This document shows positions 19,093 to 28,693 of a stretch of DNA of 64,000 bases, piece after piece. The DNA comes from Capsulimonadaceae bacterium (GTDB taxonomy: Bacteria > Armatimonadota > Armatimonadia > Armatimonadales > Capsulimonadaceae): positions 1,088,001 to 1,152,000 of the forward strand of contig OZ244065.1 of the NCBI GenBank assembly GCA_965215505.1, read 5' to 3'. Positions within the stretch are counted from its first letter, which is position 1, and every line of letters starts with the position of its first letter. The notes beneath the pieces are model-generated. The model was not told where the DNA came from. It worked only from the letters and a program-made list of their open reading frames with translations, and searched no databases. Both the position numbers and the translations under genes were made by a program.

Positions 19093-19968
19093 ATGAGTAA
19101 CGCACCATTCTTCGTAGCGGGAGTCACCGGCAACGTCGGGGGAGCAGCCGCGCGCAGGCTGCTGGAAGAGGGCCACACGGTCCGCGCCCTGGTGCGCGAC
19201 CCGTCGAAGGCCGCCGGATGGGCGCAGAAGGGCGTTGACATGCGCCAGGGGGACTTCACCGACCCGGCCGCCGTCGCTGCGGCTCTGGAGGGGGTCGCGG
19301 GCGCTTACCTGATGATACCGCCCATCCTCGTCCCGTCGCCGGGCTACCCGGAGGCGAAGGCCGTCCTCGTCAGCTTCCAAGAGGCGCTGCGCCAGTCACC
19401 CCCGCCCCGGCTGGTGCTGCTGTCCTCGATCGGTTCGGAGCAGGGCAGCGGGCTGGGGAACATCACCACCACCCACCTGATGGAAGAGGCCTTGGGCGGC
19501 CTGCCCTTCCCGACCGCTTTCGTCCGGGCCGGCTCGTTCCTGGAGAACTACCTCGGCGGGCTGGGGGCGGCGGCAGCCTCCGGGGTGTACTACAGCTTCT
19601 TCCAGCCCGTGGACCGCGCCTTCCCGATGATCGCCACGGCGGACATCGGGGCAGAGGTCGCCCGGCTGCTGGTCGGCGGCTGGGAGGGCAAGAAGATCGT
19701 GGAGATCGGCTCCCCGGTCAGCGCGAACGACCTCGCCCGCGCGATGGCCGAGGCGCTCGGCCGGCCGGTGCAGGCGCAGGCGATCCCGCGCGAGCGGTGG
19801 GCGGCCACCCTGGAGACTTTCGGCATGGCACCCGGCACCACCGGTCTTTACGAGGAGATGATGAACGGGTTCAACACGGGCTGGATCGCCTTCGGCGTTC
19901 CCGGCACCGAGCCGGTTCCCGGCACGACCACCCCGGCCCAGTTCTTCGCGTCGGCGAGAAAGGCTTGA
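19093..19968 (+). CDS. NmrA family NAD(P)-binding protein
   Basis: GVTGNVG and MIATADIG; AAGGAG RBS. Confidence 0.88.
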   Translation: MSNAPFFVAGVTGNVGGAAARRLLEEGHTVRALVRDPSKAAGWAQKGVDMRQGDFTDPAAVAAALEGVAGAYLMIPPILVPSPGYPEAKAVLVSFQEALRQSPPPRLVLLSSIGSEQGSGLGNITTTHLMEEALGGLPFPTAFVRAGSFLENYLGGLGAAAASGVYYSFFQPVDRAFPMIATADIGAEVARLLVGGWEGKKIVEIGSPVSANDLARAMAEALGRPVQAQAIPRERWAATLETFGMAPGTTGLYEEMMNGFNTGWIAFGVPGTEPVPGTTTPAQFFASARKA

Positions 19969-19998
19969 CCGGTCGGCACGAGTCCGGTCGGCACGAGT
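19969..19998 (+). repeat. 15-bp tandem duplication CCGGTCGGCACGAGT, two copies
   Basis: Exact adjacent copies immediately after the NmrA stop. Confidence 0.85.
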
Positions 19999-20016
19999 GA
20001 GGAAGATTAGAGAGCC

Positions 20017-20090
20017 ATGATCTTGATTACCGGGGCCGCCAGGAGCCTCGGTAGGGTCATCAAACACCTATGGGAAAGTGGCTTCCCCCG
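20017..20090 (+). pseudogene. N-terminal remnant of another SDR/NmrA gene
   Basis: Reads MILITGAARSLGRVIKHL, a degenerate Rossmann start, and then loses similarity. Confidence 0.55.
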
Positions 20091-20098
20091 CTACCATG

Positions 20099-20476
20099 TC
20101 AGGGGATGTACGAGCCGTCGTTAGGGAGGATGACTTGCAAGAACGCCTCAAACAAGAGGAGGCAGGCAGCGGCTAATGTGAAGGCGACTGCGAAGACCGG
20201 AAATCGCCGCCGCAGCAACGCGAAAAAGCCCGCATAGACAAGTGTGGTGATACAAAGGATCATGCAATCCCTCGGGCCATAGTATGAGGCGGGCGGCGGG
20301 TGCGGCAGCGGAAGAAACCAGCTCAACCAGAGCAAGAGCAGGAAGAATGCCACGACAGAAACCGCCCCGAAGAGTAAACCAGAGATAGCCGAACCAAACG
20401 CGATGCCCCACACGTCTGGGTCTTCCTCGCTGGGTGTCTCGGCCTCCCTCATGTTGTCCGATGCCTTCGCGTCCAT
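20099..20476 (-). CDS. Hypothetical membrane protein
   Basis: Three hydrophobic segments. Confidence 0.5.
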   Translation of the reverse strand: MDAKASDNMREAETPSEEDPDVWGIAFGSAISGLLFGAVSVVAFFLLLLWLSWFLPLPHPPPASYYGPRDCMILCITTLVYAGFFALLRRRFPVFAVAFTLAAACLLLFEAFLQVILPNDGSYIP

Positions 20477-20542
20477 GCGTCATAACCTTTATCGCGTGAC
20501 TCAACATGGTGCGATGCCGACCACTCACGGCATGGCGGATAT

Positions 20543-20579
20543 GAGGCCGCCCCGGAATTTCCGGGGCGGCCTCCTTTTG
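20543..20579. terminator. Strong GC-rich hairpin (terminator-like)
   Basis: GAGGCCGCCCCGGAA-T-TTCCGGGGCGGCCTC followed by CTTTTG. Confidence 0.65.
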
Positions 20580-20599
20580 TCCCTGTGGGTTGGGCCGAC

Positions 20600-21733
20600 C
20601 TATTGATTGGCGGGGATCAGGAAGCCGACTTTCCAGGTGCGGGTGAAGTGCAGCCGCTTGTCCAAAGCCTGGAAGCGGGCGGCGTCTTCAGGGGTCAGCC
20701 GGACGGCGTCCTCGGCGGGACCCAGGACCCGCTCGGCGATCAGGATCAAGGGGTGTGCGCCCCCCACCCCGGCCTCGGCGTCGGCTTCGGCGTGGTAGTA
20801 GCGGACGATGGACTCTTCCTGGACCTCGTCCGGCGTGGGGACGTGCGAGCGGTCGGGGTAGAGGAGGGTCTGGTCGGGCAGCGCGCCGTAGATGGCCGGG
20901 GCCGGCGAGCGGCTGATGCGCGGCAGGCCGCGGGCGTCGATCAGGATGCCGGTATAGACCGACATGTCCTCCACGACCGGGGCCACGGGGACGGGCGCCG
21001 GGGCGGGTGCCTCGGGGGCGGGCAGGACGCGCAGGCGGTCCGCTTCCACCACGCCGCTGGGCAGGAGGACTCCGACCAGGCGGACGCGCATCCCGGCCGT
21101 CAGGTCGGCGGTCTGCCCGGCCCGCTCGGTCCCGCGCAGGATGATGTCGGCGGCGTGGGTGTCCAGCGAGTACCGCTTGTCGTCGTCGCCCAGGAAGGTG
21201 ACGGCGTCACGGGCGGCGTCCACCTCGCGGACGATCCCGTCCAGGTTGAGCTGCGGCTGTGCGGGGGCCGGCGCGGGTTCAGGCGGCAGGGGCACGGCGG
21301 GAGGCAGGACCGCAGCGGGTTCGGGCGGCAGCGGCAGGGCGGGCTGCGGGGCGTAGGGGGCGTCCTCGACGAGCGTACCTCGGAAGCGGGGCAGGACGCG
21401 CAGGCGGGTGGCTTCCAGCAGGTTGCGGCCCAGCAGGGTGCCGGTGACCTCGACGCGCATACCGCGCGCGAGGTCGGTCGTCTCGCCCAGGCGGTGACTC
21501 TGCTGGAGGAGGATGTCGGCCCCGTAGGCGTCCACGATGTAGCGGTGGTTGTCGGTGCCGGCCAAGGCGAGGCGGTCATCGGACCGGCTCACCGACTGGA
21601 CGGTCCCCTCCACGACGTAGTCGCCGTGGATGGGGTGATACGGGTCGTCGTCCGCGCGCACGGGGACGGTAGCGAGGGCGGAGGAGAAACAAAGGAGACC
21701 GAAGGCCAATGCGGCAAAACGAACACGCGGCAT
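20600..21733 (-). CDS. Secreted protein with two DUF5666-like repeats and a C-terminal YTGILIDARGL domain
   Basis: Signal peptide ending VRA; two repeats of the form G.V..V...DL..GMRV...G.LL.....EA.RLRVLP with Pro-rich linkers. Confidence 0.65.
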   Translation of the reverse strand: MPRVRFAALAFGLLCFSSALATVPVRADDDPYHPIHGDYVVEGTVQSVSRSDDRLALAGTDNHRYIVDAYGADILLQQSHRLGETTDLARGMRVEVTGTLLGRNLLEATRLRVLPRFRGTLVEDAPYAPQPALPLPPEPAAVLPPAVPLPPEPAPAPAQPQLNLDGIVREVDAARDAVTFLGDDDKRYSLDTHAADIILRGTERAGQTADLTAGMRVRLVGVLLPSGVVEADRLRVLPAPEAPAPAPVPVAPVVEDMSVYTGILIDARGLPRISRSPAPAIYGALPDQTLLYPDRSHVPTPDEVQEESIVRYYHAEADAEAGVGGAHPLILIAERVLGPAEDAVRLTPEDAARFQALDKRLHFTRTWKVGFLIPANQ

Positions 21734-21818
21734 AGTAGATCCCTCCCAGAATGTCTTGAGTCCATTATACGGCAGATTCGGCCTAATCTTCAGAGACATC
21801 CCGGCCATAATAGGGAAT

Positions 21819-22874
21819 TTAATTCTCGCGGCGGCGCACCCGGTCCGCGAGGGATTTGAACAGGCCGCCGTCGTACCCGGCGATGTCCGGGGCCTGGCGG
21901 CGGCAGAAGTCGTCCACGATGCGTTTCGCCTCCCAGGGCGTCATCGCGCCGCCCCCGGCCAAGGCGCGCAGCAGGTCCAGGCGCGTGACCGTCTCCCGCG
22001 CGGGGTGCGCGCGGAGGACCGAGGCCAGGATGTCGTCGTAGTCCGTCGGCACCGGGGCAGGCGCGGCCAGGCGCTCGCTGTCCATGACGCGCCGGACGCC
22101 GGCCAGGCCCGCCTCGTTCGCCTCGCGGAGCGCCTGCAAGACGCCGGTGCGCCCGAACGGGGAGCGGGCACTGCTCTTGGCATTCATGAGGTTCTGGGCC
22201 GAGGCGAGGAAGGCGCGGACTTCTGCCAGGTCCGTCTCGCGCCGGACGAGGCTCGTCAGGAGGCCGGCGGGGACGAGGGCGGCTGCCTCCTCGACGGCCG
22301 GGGCGGGCAGCGGGGCGGGGAGCGCGGGGTGGGTGAGCTGATACACAAACTCCGGCTCCGCAAGGTCGCGCAGTACCTTCATGCCCAGCGCGACCAGGGC
22401 CGCGCCCTCCGGGAGCAGGTCGTGGACTAGGGAGCGGGTGAGGCTGGACAGCAGGATCTGGCCGCCCTCGGCCAGCGCGCGGAGGCGGGCACAGCGGTTG
22501 ACCGCGACCCCGTAGTAGTCCCGCTCGCGCAGGTCGGCCTCGCCGGTGTGCAGGGCCATCCGCACCCGCAGGGGGGTGTCGGCCGGCCACTCCTCGATCG
22601 CCAGGGCCTGCTGGAGCGTGCAGGCGGCGCGGACGGCGTCCGGGGCGGAGGCGAAGACGGCGAAGAGGCTGTCGCCCTCCCCCCGGCTCTTGATCAGCAG
22701 GCCGTCGTGGGAGTCCACGAGGCCCGAGGCGAGGGTGTCGTGGCGAGTCAGGGCGGCGCGCATGGCTTCCGGGGATCGCTCCCAGAGGCGGGCGCTGCGC
22801 TCGACGTCGGTGAAGAGGAAGGTGATCGTCCCGGTCGGCGGGGCCGAGGCGGGCGATCCCGAAAGGGCGGACAT
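21819..22874 (-). CDS. Class III adenylate/guanylate cyclase domain protein
   Basis: FLFTDV, GEGDS, RMALHTG and YYGVAVNRCARL. Confidence 0.88.
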   Translation of the reverse strand: MSALSGSPASAPPTGTITFLFTDVERSARLWERSPEAMRAALTRHDTLASGLVDSHDGLLIKSRGEGDSLFAVFASAPDAVRAACTLQQALAIEEWPADTPLRVRMALHTGEADLRERDYYGVAVNRCARLRALAEGGQILLSSLTRSLVHDLLPEGAALVALGMKVLRDLAEPEFVYQLTHPALPAPLPAPAVEEAAALVPAGLLTSLVRRETDLAEVRAFLASAQNLMNAKSSARSPFGRTGVLQALREANEAGLAGVRRVMDSERLAAPAPVPTDYDDILASVLRAHPARETVTRLDLLRALAGGGAMTPWEAKRIVDDFCRRQAPDIAGYDGGLFKSLADRVRRREN

Positions 22875-22958
22875 GGGTTAGGTATTCGCCGCCGATGCCC
22901 GGAATCCTGCCCGGCAGGCTCCGAGCGGGTATAATAGCCCCAGACTTAGTGGCAGACA

Positions 22959-24311
22959 GTGAAGGACCTCCCCCTTATGGCGGCACCGCGCGAGAGACAC
23001 GACCCGTGGCAGGCGGACCTGACCTACATCATCGGCCACCAGAGGCCGGACATGGACGCCATCGCGTCGGCAGTCGGCTACGCCTGGTTCCTGGGCCAGA
23101 CCGGGGCCGACAGGGTCGTGGCCGCCCGCGCGGGCCAGGTGGGGGCGCAGGCGGCTTTCGCCCTGGGCTACTTCGGGACCCGCCCGCCGCGCGTCCTTTC
23201 CAGCGCGGCCCCGACGTTCGGGCACGTCGCCTCGCCGCAGGAGCCGGTGACGCCGGACGACCTGCTCGGGGAGGCGATGTCCAGGCTGGCGCAGGGGGAA
23301 CGGCTGGTGCCGGTGGTGGACGGCGACGGCAAGCTGCTCGGCGGGCTGACGCCGCTGGCCCTGGCGCGTGCCTACGCTCAGGTGGCCGGGGGGCTGGCCC
23401 GCGCTTCGGAGCAGACCTGCCGGGCCTATGTGGAGGACCTGCCGACGGTCCCCGCCGGCGACCGTATCCGGGACCGGCGCGGGGCCATGCTGCGGGGCGG
23501 CGGCGAGGAGTTTTTGGTGGTCGGCGAGGACGGACGCTATCAGGGCACGGCCAGCCGTCAGTGCCTCCTGGAGCCGCCGCGCGCCCGGCTGATACTGGTA
23601 GACCATAACGAGCTGTCGCAGGCCGTGACCGGGGCGGACGAGGCGGAGATTGTCGGCGTGCTGGACCACCACCGGCTGGGGAACGCCTCCACGGCGGCCC
23701 CGATCCCGTTCGTCGTCGAGCCGGTCGGCAGCACCAGCACCCTGGTCGCGGAGGCCTGCCGTCAGGGGAACGCCGCCCCGCCCGCCGAGATCGCCGGGCT
23801 GCTGCTGTCGGGCATCCTGTCCGACACGCTCGTCTTCCGCTCCCCGACCGTGACCGACCGGGACCGGGTGGCCGCCGACTGGCTGGCGGGCCTGAGCGGC
23901 ATCGAGATCCCCGACTTCGGCCAGCACTTGATCCAGGCCTCGCCCGGCCTGGTGGACCGCTCCGCCGACCAGATCGTGGACGGCGACCGGAAGAACTACG
24001 AGATGGCGGGCAAGGCGGTCAGCGTCGCCCAGGTGGAGGTGACCGGCTTCGGGGAACTGCCCGAGCGTAAAAAGGATTTAGTGGAGGCGCTGGACGCCCG
24101 CCGGGAGCGCGACGGCCTGGCCCTGATCTGCCTGATGGTGACGGACGTGGTGACGATCCAGAGCCGCCTGCTCTGCCGGGGCGACGCGGCCATCCTGGGC
24201 GGCCTGCCGTTCGCGCGCATAGACGGCAGCGAGTTCGAGCTGGGCAGCATCGTCTCCCGGAAGAAGCAGCTCGTGCCGGCCCTGCAAGGCGCGATCGAGG
24301 AGTTGGAATAA
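22959..24311 (+). CDS. ppaC: Mn-dependent (family II) inorganic pyrophosphatase with a CBS pair and no DRTGG domain
   Basis: GHQRPDMDAIASA, LVDHNE, LDHH, GSTST and SRKKQLVP. Confidence 0.88.
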   Translation: MKDLPLMAAPRERHDPWQADLTYIIGHQRPDMDAIASAVGYAWFLGQTGADRVVAARAGQVGAQAAFALGYFGTRPPRVLSSAAPTFGHVASPQEPVTPDDLLGEAMSRLAQGERLVPVVDGDGKLLGGLTPLALARAYAQVAGGLARASEQTCRAYVEDLPTVPAGDRIRDRRGAMLRGGGEEFLVVGEDGRYQGTASRQCLLEPPRARLILVDHNELSQAVTGADEAEIVGVLDHHRLGNASTAAPIPFVVEPVGSTSTLVAEACRQGNAAPPAEIAGLLLSGILSDTLVFRSPTVTDRDRVAADWLAGLSGIEIPDFGQHLIQASPGLVDRSADQIVDGDRKNYEMAGKAVSVAQVEVTGFGELPERKKDLVEALDARRERDGLALICLMVTDVVTIQSRLLCRGDAAILGGLPFARIDGSEFELGSIVSRKKQLVPALQGAIEELE

Positions 24312-24313
24312 AG

Positions 24314-25219
24314 ATGCAGATTTTGATCACGGGCGGGTGCGGCTTCATCGGCAAGGCGGCGGGCCGGGCGCTTAGGGAGTGTGGCCACGAGGTCCGGCTG
24401 CTGTCCAGCCGGTGGTCCGGCGTACAGAACGGCGTCCCGGTCGTCCGAGGCGACGTCCGCGACCCGGCGAGCCTGACGGCGGCGACGGAGGGCGTTGAAG
24501 GGGTCGTCCTGGCCCACCAGTTCCCGAACTTCCCCATCGAGAACCCGAAGGCACGTCAGACGTTCCGGGAAGTGGATGCAGAGGGAACGGCCAACGTCAT
24601 CGCCGCACTCGAAGTACACGGGCGGCCAAAGCATCTGGTCTACCTGAGCGGGGCGGCCGTCCGGGACGAGATGGCGGGGGCACATCCGGGCATTGACGCC
24701 AAGCTCGACGCCGAGCGGCATGTGCGCGAGAGCGGCATCCCCTGGACCATCCTGCGGGCCTCCATCGTCTACGGGCCGGGGGACCACTACTTCTCGCGGC
24801 TGGCCGACATGATCGCGGCAGGGCCGGTCGTGCCGGTCTTCGGCGACGGGCGCGCGCTGTCCTCGCCCATCCACATCGAGGACCTGGCCCAAGCCGTCGC
24901 CGCCGCCTTTGACGACCCGCGCGCCCACAACGCGCTGCTGGATGCCTGCGGGCCGAACGTGCTCAGTGCGAACGCGACGCTGGACCTGCTGATGCAGGTC
25001 TTGGGGCAGCGCCGCCCCGTCCTGCACCTGCCGGTCGGGGCGATGAACGCCGTGGCCTCGGCTTTGGAGCGGCTGCCTGCCCCGCCGCTGTCGCGCGGCC
25101 TGATCGCCTTCAGCCGCTTTGACAACACCTCGCAGGGCATGAACGCCGACACATTGCTGGGCCTGAAGTTCCGCACGGTGGACGAGGGCGTCCGGCAGGT
25201 CTATGGGGGGATCGCATGA
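24314..25219 (+). CDS. NAD-dependent epimerase / NDUFA9-like SDR
   Basis: ITGGCGFIG and [14 protein letters not shown]. Confidence 0.8.
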   Translation: MQILITGGCGFIGKAAGRALRECGHEVRLLSSRWSGVQNGVPVVRGDVRDPASLTAATEGVEGVVLAHQFPNFPIENPKARQTFREVDAEGTANVIAALEVHGRPKHLVYLSGAAVRDEMAGAHPGIDAKLDAERHVRESGIPWTILRASIVYGPGDHYFSRLADMIAAGPVVPVFGDGRALSSPIHIEDLAQAVAAAFDDPRAHNALLDACGPNVLSANATLDLLMQVLGQRRPVLHLPVGAMNAVASALERLPAPPLSRGLIAFSRFDNTSQGMNADTLLGLKFRTVDEGVRQVYGGIA

Positions 25220-26244
25220 AAGCACTGGTGAAACGACACGCGGAGCCGGGACTGTGGCTGGAGGACGTGCCCGAGCCGGTCATGGGCATCAACGACGTGC
25301 TAATCCGGGTTCTGCGGACGGGCATCTGCGGGACGGACCTGCACATCTACGACTGGGACGCCTGGGCGCGGAAGACCGTGCCGGTGCCGCTCGTCGTCGG
25401 CCATGAGTTCGTCGGGGAGGTCGTGGCCGTCGGCGCGAATGTCTCGGACTTCTTCGCGGGCGAGATCGTCAGCGGCGAGGGCCACGTCGTCTGCGGGCGC
25501 TGCCGGAACTGCCTGGCGGGGCGGCGGCATTTGTGCAAAGACACGCAGGGCGTCGGCGTCAACCGGGCCGGCGCGTTCGCCGAGTTCATCGCGCTGCCGA
25601 TGACGAACGTCTGGCACCACCGGCCCGGCGTGGATTTGGACGTGGCCGCGATCTTCGACCCGTTCGGCAATGCCGTCCACACCGCCCTCTCCTTCCCGGT
25701 TCTCGGCGAGGACGTGCTGATCACGGGCGCGGGTCCCATCGGCATCATGGCCGCCGCCGTGGCGCGGCACGCCGGGGCGCGGTTCGTCGTCGTCACGGAC
25801 GTCAACGAGTACCGGTTGAACCTGGCAAGAGAGATGGGCGCGACGGTGGCCCTGAACGTCCGCGAGGGCAGCCTGGCCGACGTCCAGGCGCAGCTCGGGA
25901 TGCAGGAGGGGTTCGACGTGGGTCTGGAGATGTCCGGCAGCCCCGCCGCCCTGCACGACATGATCGACGCCCTCTGCCACGGCGGCAAGATCGCCATGCT
26001 GGGCATCCCGTCGGGGCCGATTGACGTGGACTGGAACAAGGTCGTCTTCAACATGCTGACGATCAAGGGCATCTACGGGCGCGAGATGTACGAGACGTGG
26101 TACAAGATGAGCGTGATGCTGCAAAGCGGCCTGGACATCAAGCCGGTCATCACGCACCGCTACCCGGTGGACGAGTGGCAGCGGGGCTTTGAGGTGATGG
26201 GGACGGGGAAGTCGGGCAAGGTGATCTTGGAGTGGGCGGCATGA
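25216..26244 (+). CDS. tdh: L-threonine 3-dehydrogenase
   Basis: [24 protein letters not shown] and [15 protein letters not shown]. Confidence 0.96.
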   Translation: MKALVKRHAEPGLWLEDVPEPVMGINDVLIRVLRTGICGTDLHIYDWDAWARKTVPVPLVVGHEFVGEVVAVGANVSDFFAGEIVSGEGHVVCGRCRNCLAGRRHLCKDTQGVGVNRAGAFAEFIALPMTNVWHHRPGVDLDVAAIFDPFGNAVHTALSFPVLGEDVLITGAGPIGIMAAAVARHAGARFVVVTDVNEYRLNLAREMGATVALNVREGSLADVQAQLGMQEGFDVGLEMSGSPAALHDMIDALCHGGKIAMLGIPSGPIDVDWNKVVFNMLTIKGIYGREMYETWYKMSVMLQSGLDIKPVITHRYPVDEWQRGFEVMGTGKSGKVILEWAA

Positions 26245-26255
26245 GGCGGCAGTTA

Positions 26256-26381
26256 GCCACGGGTTGAAACCCGAGGCTGGCAAAAGCCCAGCGTCCAGGG
26301 GACGCAAGAAAGGGCTATGCCGTGCGGGCCTCCGTCGCCTCGACGGTGGGCACTTCGGAGCCTCGGGTTTCAACCCGTGGC
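26256..26381. repeat. REPIN/MITE-like element with perfect 23-bp terminal inverted repeats
   Basis: GCCACGGGTTGAAACCCGAGGCT at 26256-26278 and its reverse complement at 26359-26381. Confidence 0.85.
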
Positions 26382-26402
26382 GGCTCATAGAAAGACAGCA
26401 AC

Positions 26403-27587
26403 ATGTACGGAGCGACGAAAGAGCGGCTGACGCGGGAACTGGAAGGCATCCAGGAGGCGGGGCTGCACAAGAGGGAGCGGGTCATCACGACGCCGCAGGA
26501 CGCGCACGTCCGGGTGGGCGGGGGCGGGCCGCTGCTGAACCTGTGCGCGAACAACTACCTCGGGCTGGCGGAACACCCGGACGTGCTTGGGGCGGCACAC
26601 GCGGCGCTGGACAGGTGGGGTTACGGGCTGGCCTCGGTGCGCTTCATTTGCGGGACGCAGGGCGTTCATAAGGAGCTGGAAGCGAGCCTGAGCGCGTTCC
26701 TGGGGACGGAAGACACCATCCTCTATGGGTCCTGCTTTGACGCCAACGGCGGGCTGTTTGAGACGCTGCTGGGGACCGAGGACGCGGTGATCTCGGACGC
26801 CCTAAACCATGCCAGCATCATTGACGGCATTCGGCTCTGCAAGGCCCAACGCTACCGGTATGCCAACAACGACATGGCCGATTTGGAGGCGAAGCTGAAG
26901 GAGGCGTCCGGGGCGCGGACGCGCCTGATCGCCACCGACGGCGTGTTCTCGATGGACGGCACCATCGCCAACCTCCCCGCCATTTGCGACCTGGCCGAGC
27001 GTTATGACGCCCTGGTCATGGTGGACGACTCGCATGCGGTCGGCTTCCTGGGGAAGACCGGGCGCGGGACGCATGAGTATCACGATGTCATGGGCCGCGT
27101 AGACATCTTCACCGGGACGCTCGGGAAGGCATTGGGCGGGGCCAGCGGCGGCTACACCAGCGGGCGCAAAGAGGTCGTGGACCTGCTGCGGCAGCGGTCG
27201 CGCCCTTACCTGTTTTCGAATTCGCTCGCGCCGCCCATCGCCGCCGCCTCCCTGAAGGTGCTGGAGATGCTGTCGGCATCCACCGCCCTGCGGGACAAGC
27301 TGGAAGACAACACGCGCTTCTTCCGGGACGGCATGAGCGGGCTGGGCTACGAGATCGTGCCGGGGATACACCCCATCGTACCGGTCATGCTGGGCGATGC
27401 GTCGCTGGCGGGCCGGGTGGCCGAGGCGATGCTCGCGCACGGCGTCTACGTCGTCGGCTTCTCCTATCCCGTCGTGCCGCAGGGCAAGGCACGCATCCGC
27501 ACGCAGATCAGCGCCGCCCATTCGCGGGAAGACCTGACGTTCGCCATCGAGGCGTTCGGGGCGGTGCGGAAGGAACTGAGCCTGTGA
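26403..27587 (+). CDS. kbl: 2-amino-3-ketobutyrate CoA ligase (glycine C-acetyltransferase)
   Basis: [20 protein letters not shown] lysine motif GTLGKALGG and [11 protein letters not shown]. Confidence 0.96.
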   Translation: MYGATKERLTRELEGIQEAGLHKRERVITTPQDAHVRVGGGGPLLNLCANNYLGLAEHPDVLGAAHAALDRWGYGLASVRFICGTQGVHKELEASLSAFLGTEDTILYGSCFDANGGLFETLLGTEDAVISDALNHASIIDGIRLCKAQRYRYANNDMADLEAKLKEASGARTRLIATDGVFSMDGTIANLPAICDLAERYDALVMVDDSHAVGFLGKTGRGTHEYHDVMGRVDIFTGTLGKALGGASGGYTSGRKEVVDLLRQRSRPYLFSNSLAPPIAAASLKVLEMLSASTALRDKLEDNTRFFRDGMSGLGYEIVPGIHPIVPVMLGDASLAGRVAEAMLAHGVYVVGFSYPVVPQGKARIRTQISAAHSREDLTFAIEAFGAVRKELSL

Positions 27588-28669
27588 CAGAGATGGTCAG
27601 GGCCGCCATCATTCCCGCGCCGGGGCAGGCCGTCGAGGTCCGCCGCTACGCCGTCCCGGACCTGGAACCGGGGGCCGTCCTGCTGAAGACGCTGGCCTCG
27701 GAGGTCTGCGGGACGGACGTTCATCTGTGGCACGGGCGGCTGGCGGGCGTCCCCTACCCGCTCATCCCCGGCCACATCAGCGTCGGTGCGGTGGAGGCGA
27801 CGGGCGGGGCGGTGGTGGACATCGAGGGCGTCCCTGTCGTAGAGGGCGACGTGGTCACCTTCCTGGACGTGGTCGGGACGTGCTACAACTGCTGGTACTG
27901 CCTGGTGGCCCACCAGACCACGCGCTGCCCGCACCGGCGCGTCTACGGCATCACGCTGGGGGCCGATGACGGGCTGCTCGGCGGCTGGTCGGAGCGCATC
28001 TACCTCAAACCGGGTGTCAAGATCGTCCGGCTGCTCCCCGACGTGTCACCCGAGCTTTGGATCGCCGGCGGCTGCGGCCTGCCGACGGCTCTGCACGCGG
28101 TTGACCGGGCGGAGATCCGGCTTGGGGACCGAGTGGTCATCCAGGGCGCGGGGCCGGTGGGCCTGAGCGCCTGTGCCCTCGCCGCGGCTTCAGGCGCGGG
28201 CTGGGTGGGCGTCGTGGACGCCGTCCCGCACCGGCTGGAGGCGGCCCGCCGGATGGGTGCGGACGGCCTCATTCCCCTGGATGCCGACACCATAGACGCC
28301 GTGCGCCGGGCGACGGGCGGGCGCGGGGCGGACATCGTGATTGAGGCCAGCGGCAGCCCTGCGGCCGTCCCGCAGGGCTGCCGGATGGCGCGCGACGGCG
28401 GGCGGTATGTGGTGGTCGGGCAGTACACGGACAACGGGACGGCGGAGATCAACCCGCACTGGGACATCAACCGAAAGCACCTGGAGGTACGCGGCTGCTG
28501 GGGCGTGGACTTCAGCCACATCTGGCGGGCGATGGAGTCGCTGTCGCGGCTTGGTGACCACTTCCCCTGGACGGCGCTGATTTCCCGCCGCTATGGGCTG
28601 GACGAGGCTGGGGACGCGCTGGCGGCCGTCGAGTCCCGGTCGGTGGTCAAGGCGCTGATCGTGCCGTAA
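27584..28669 (+). CDS. Zinc-binding alcohol dehydrogenase family protein
   Basis: CGTDVH, CxxCxxC...C structural zinc site and QGAGPVG. Confidence 0.88.
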   Translation: MTEMVRAAIIPAPGQAVEVRRYAVPDLEPGAVLLKTLASEVCGTDVHLWHGRLAGVPYPLIPGHISVGAVEATGGAVVDIEGVPVVEGDVVTFLDVVGTCYNCWYCLVAHQTTRCPHRRVYGITLGADDGLLGGWSERIYLKPGVKIVRLLPDVSPELWIAGGCGLPTALHAVDRAEIRLGDRVVIQGAGPVGLSACALAAASGAGWVGVVDAVPHRLEAARRMGADGLIPLDADTIDAVRRATGGRGADIVIEASGSPAAVPQGCRMARDGGRYVVVGQYTDNGTAEINPHWDINRKHLEVRGCWGVDFSHIWRAMESLSRLGDHFPWTALISRRYGLDEAGDALAAVESRSVVKALIVP

Positions 28670-28693
28670 GTCTGCCCGTGTCCTCCGGTTCCC

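Noticed and set aside
20078-20085. GTGGCTTC matching the rnpB 3' end (7179-7186) as a possible att site
   Set aside because: Only 8 bp, found post hoc, and there is no integrase in the window
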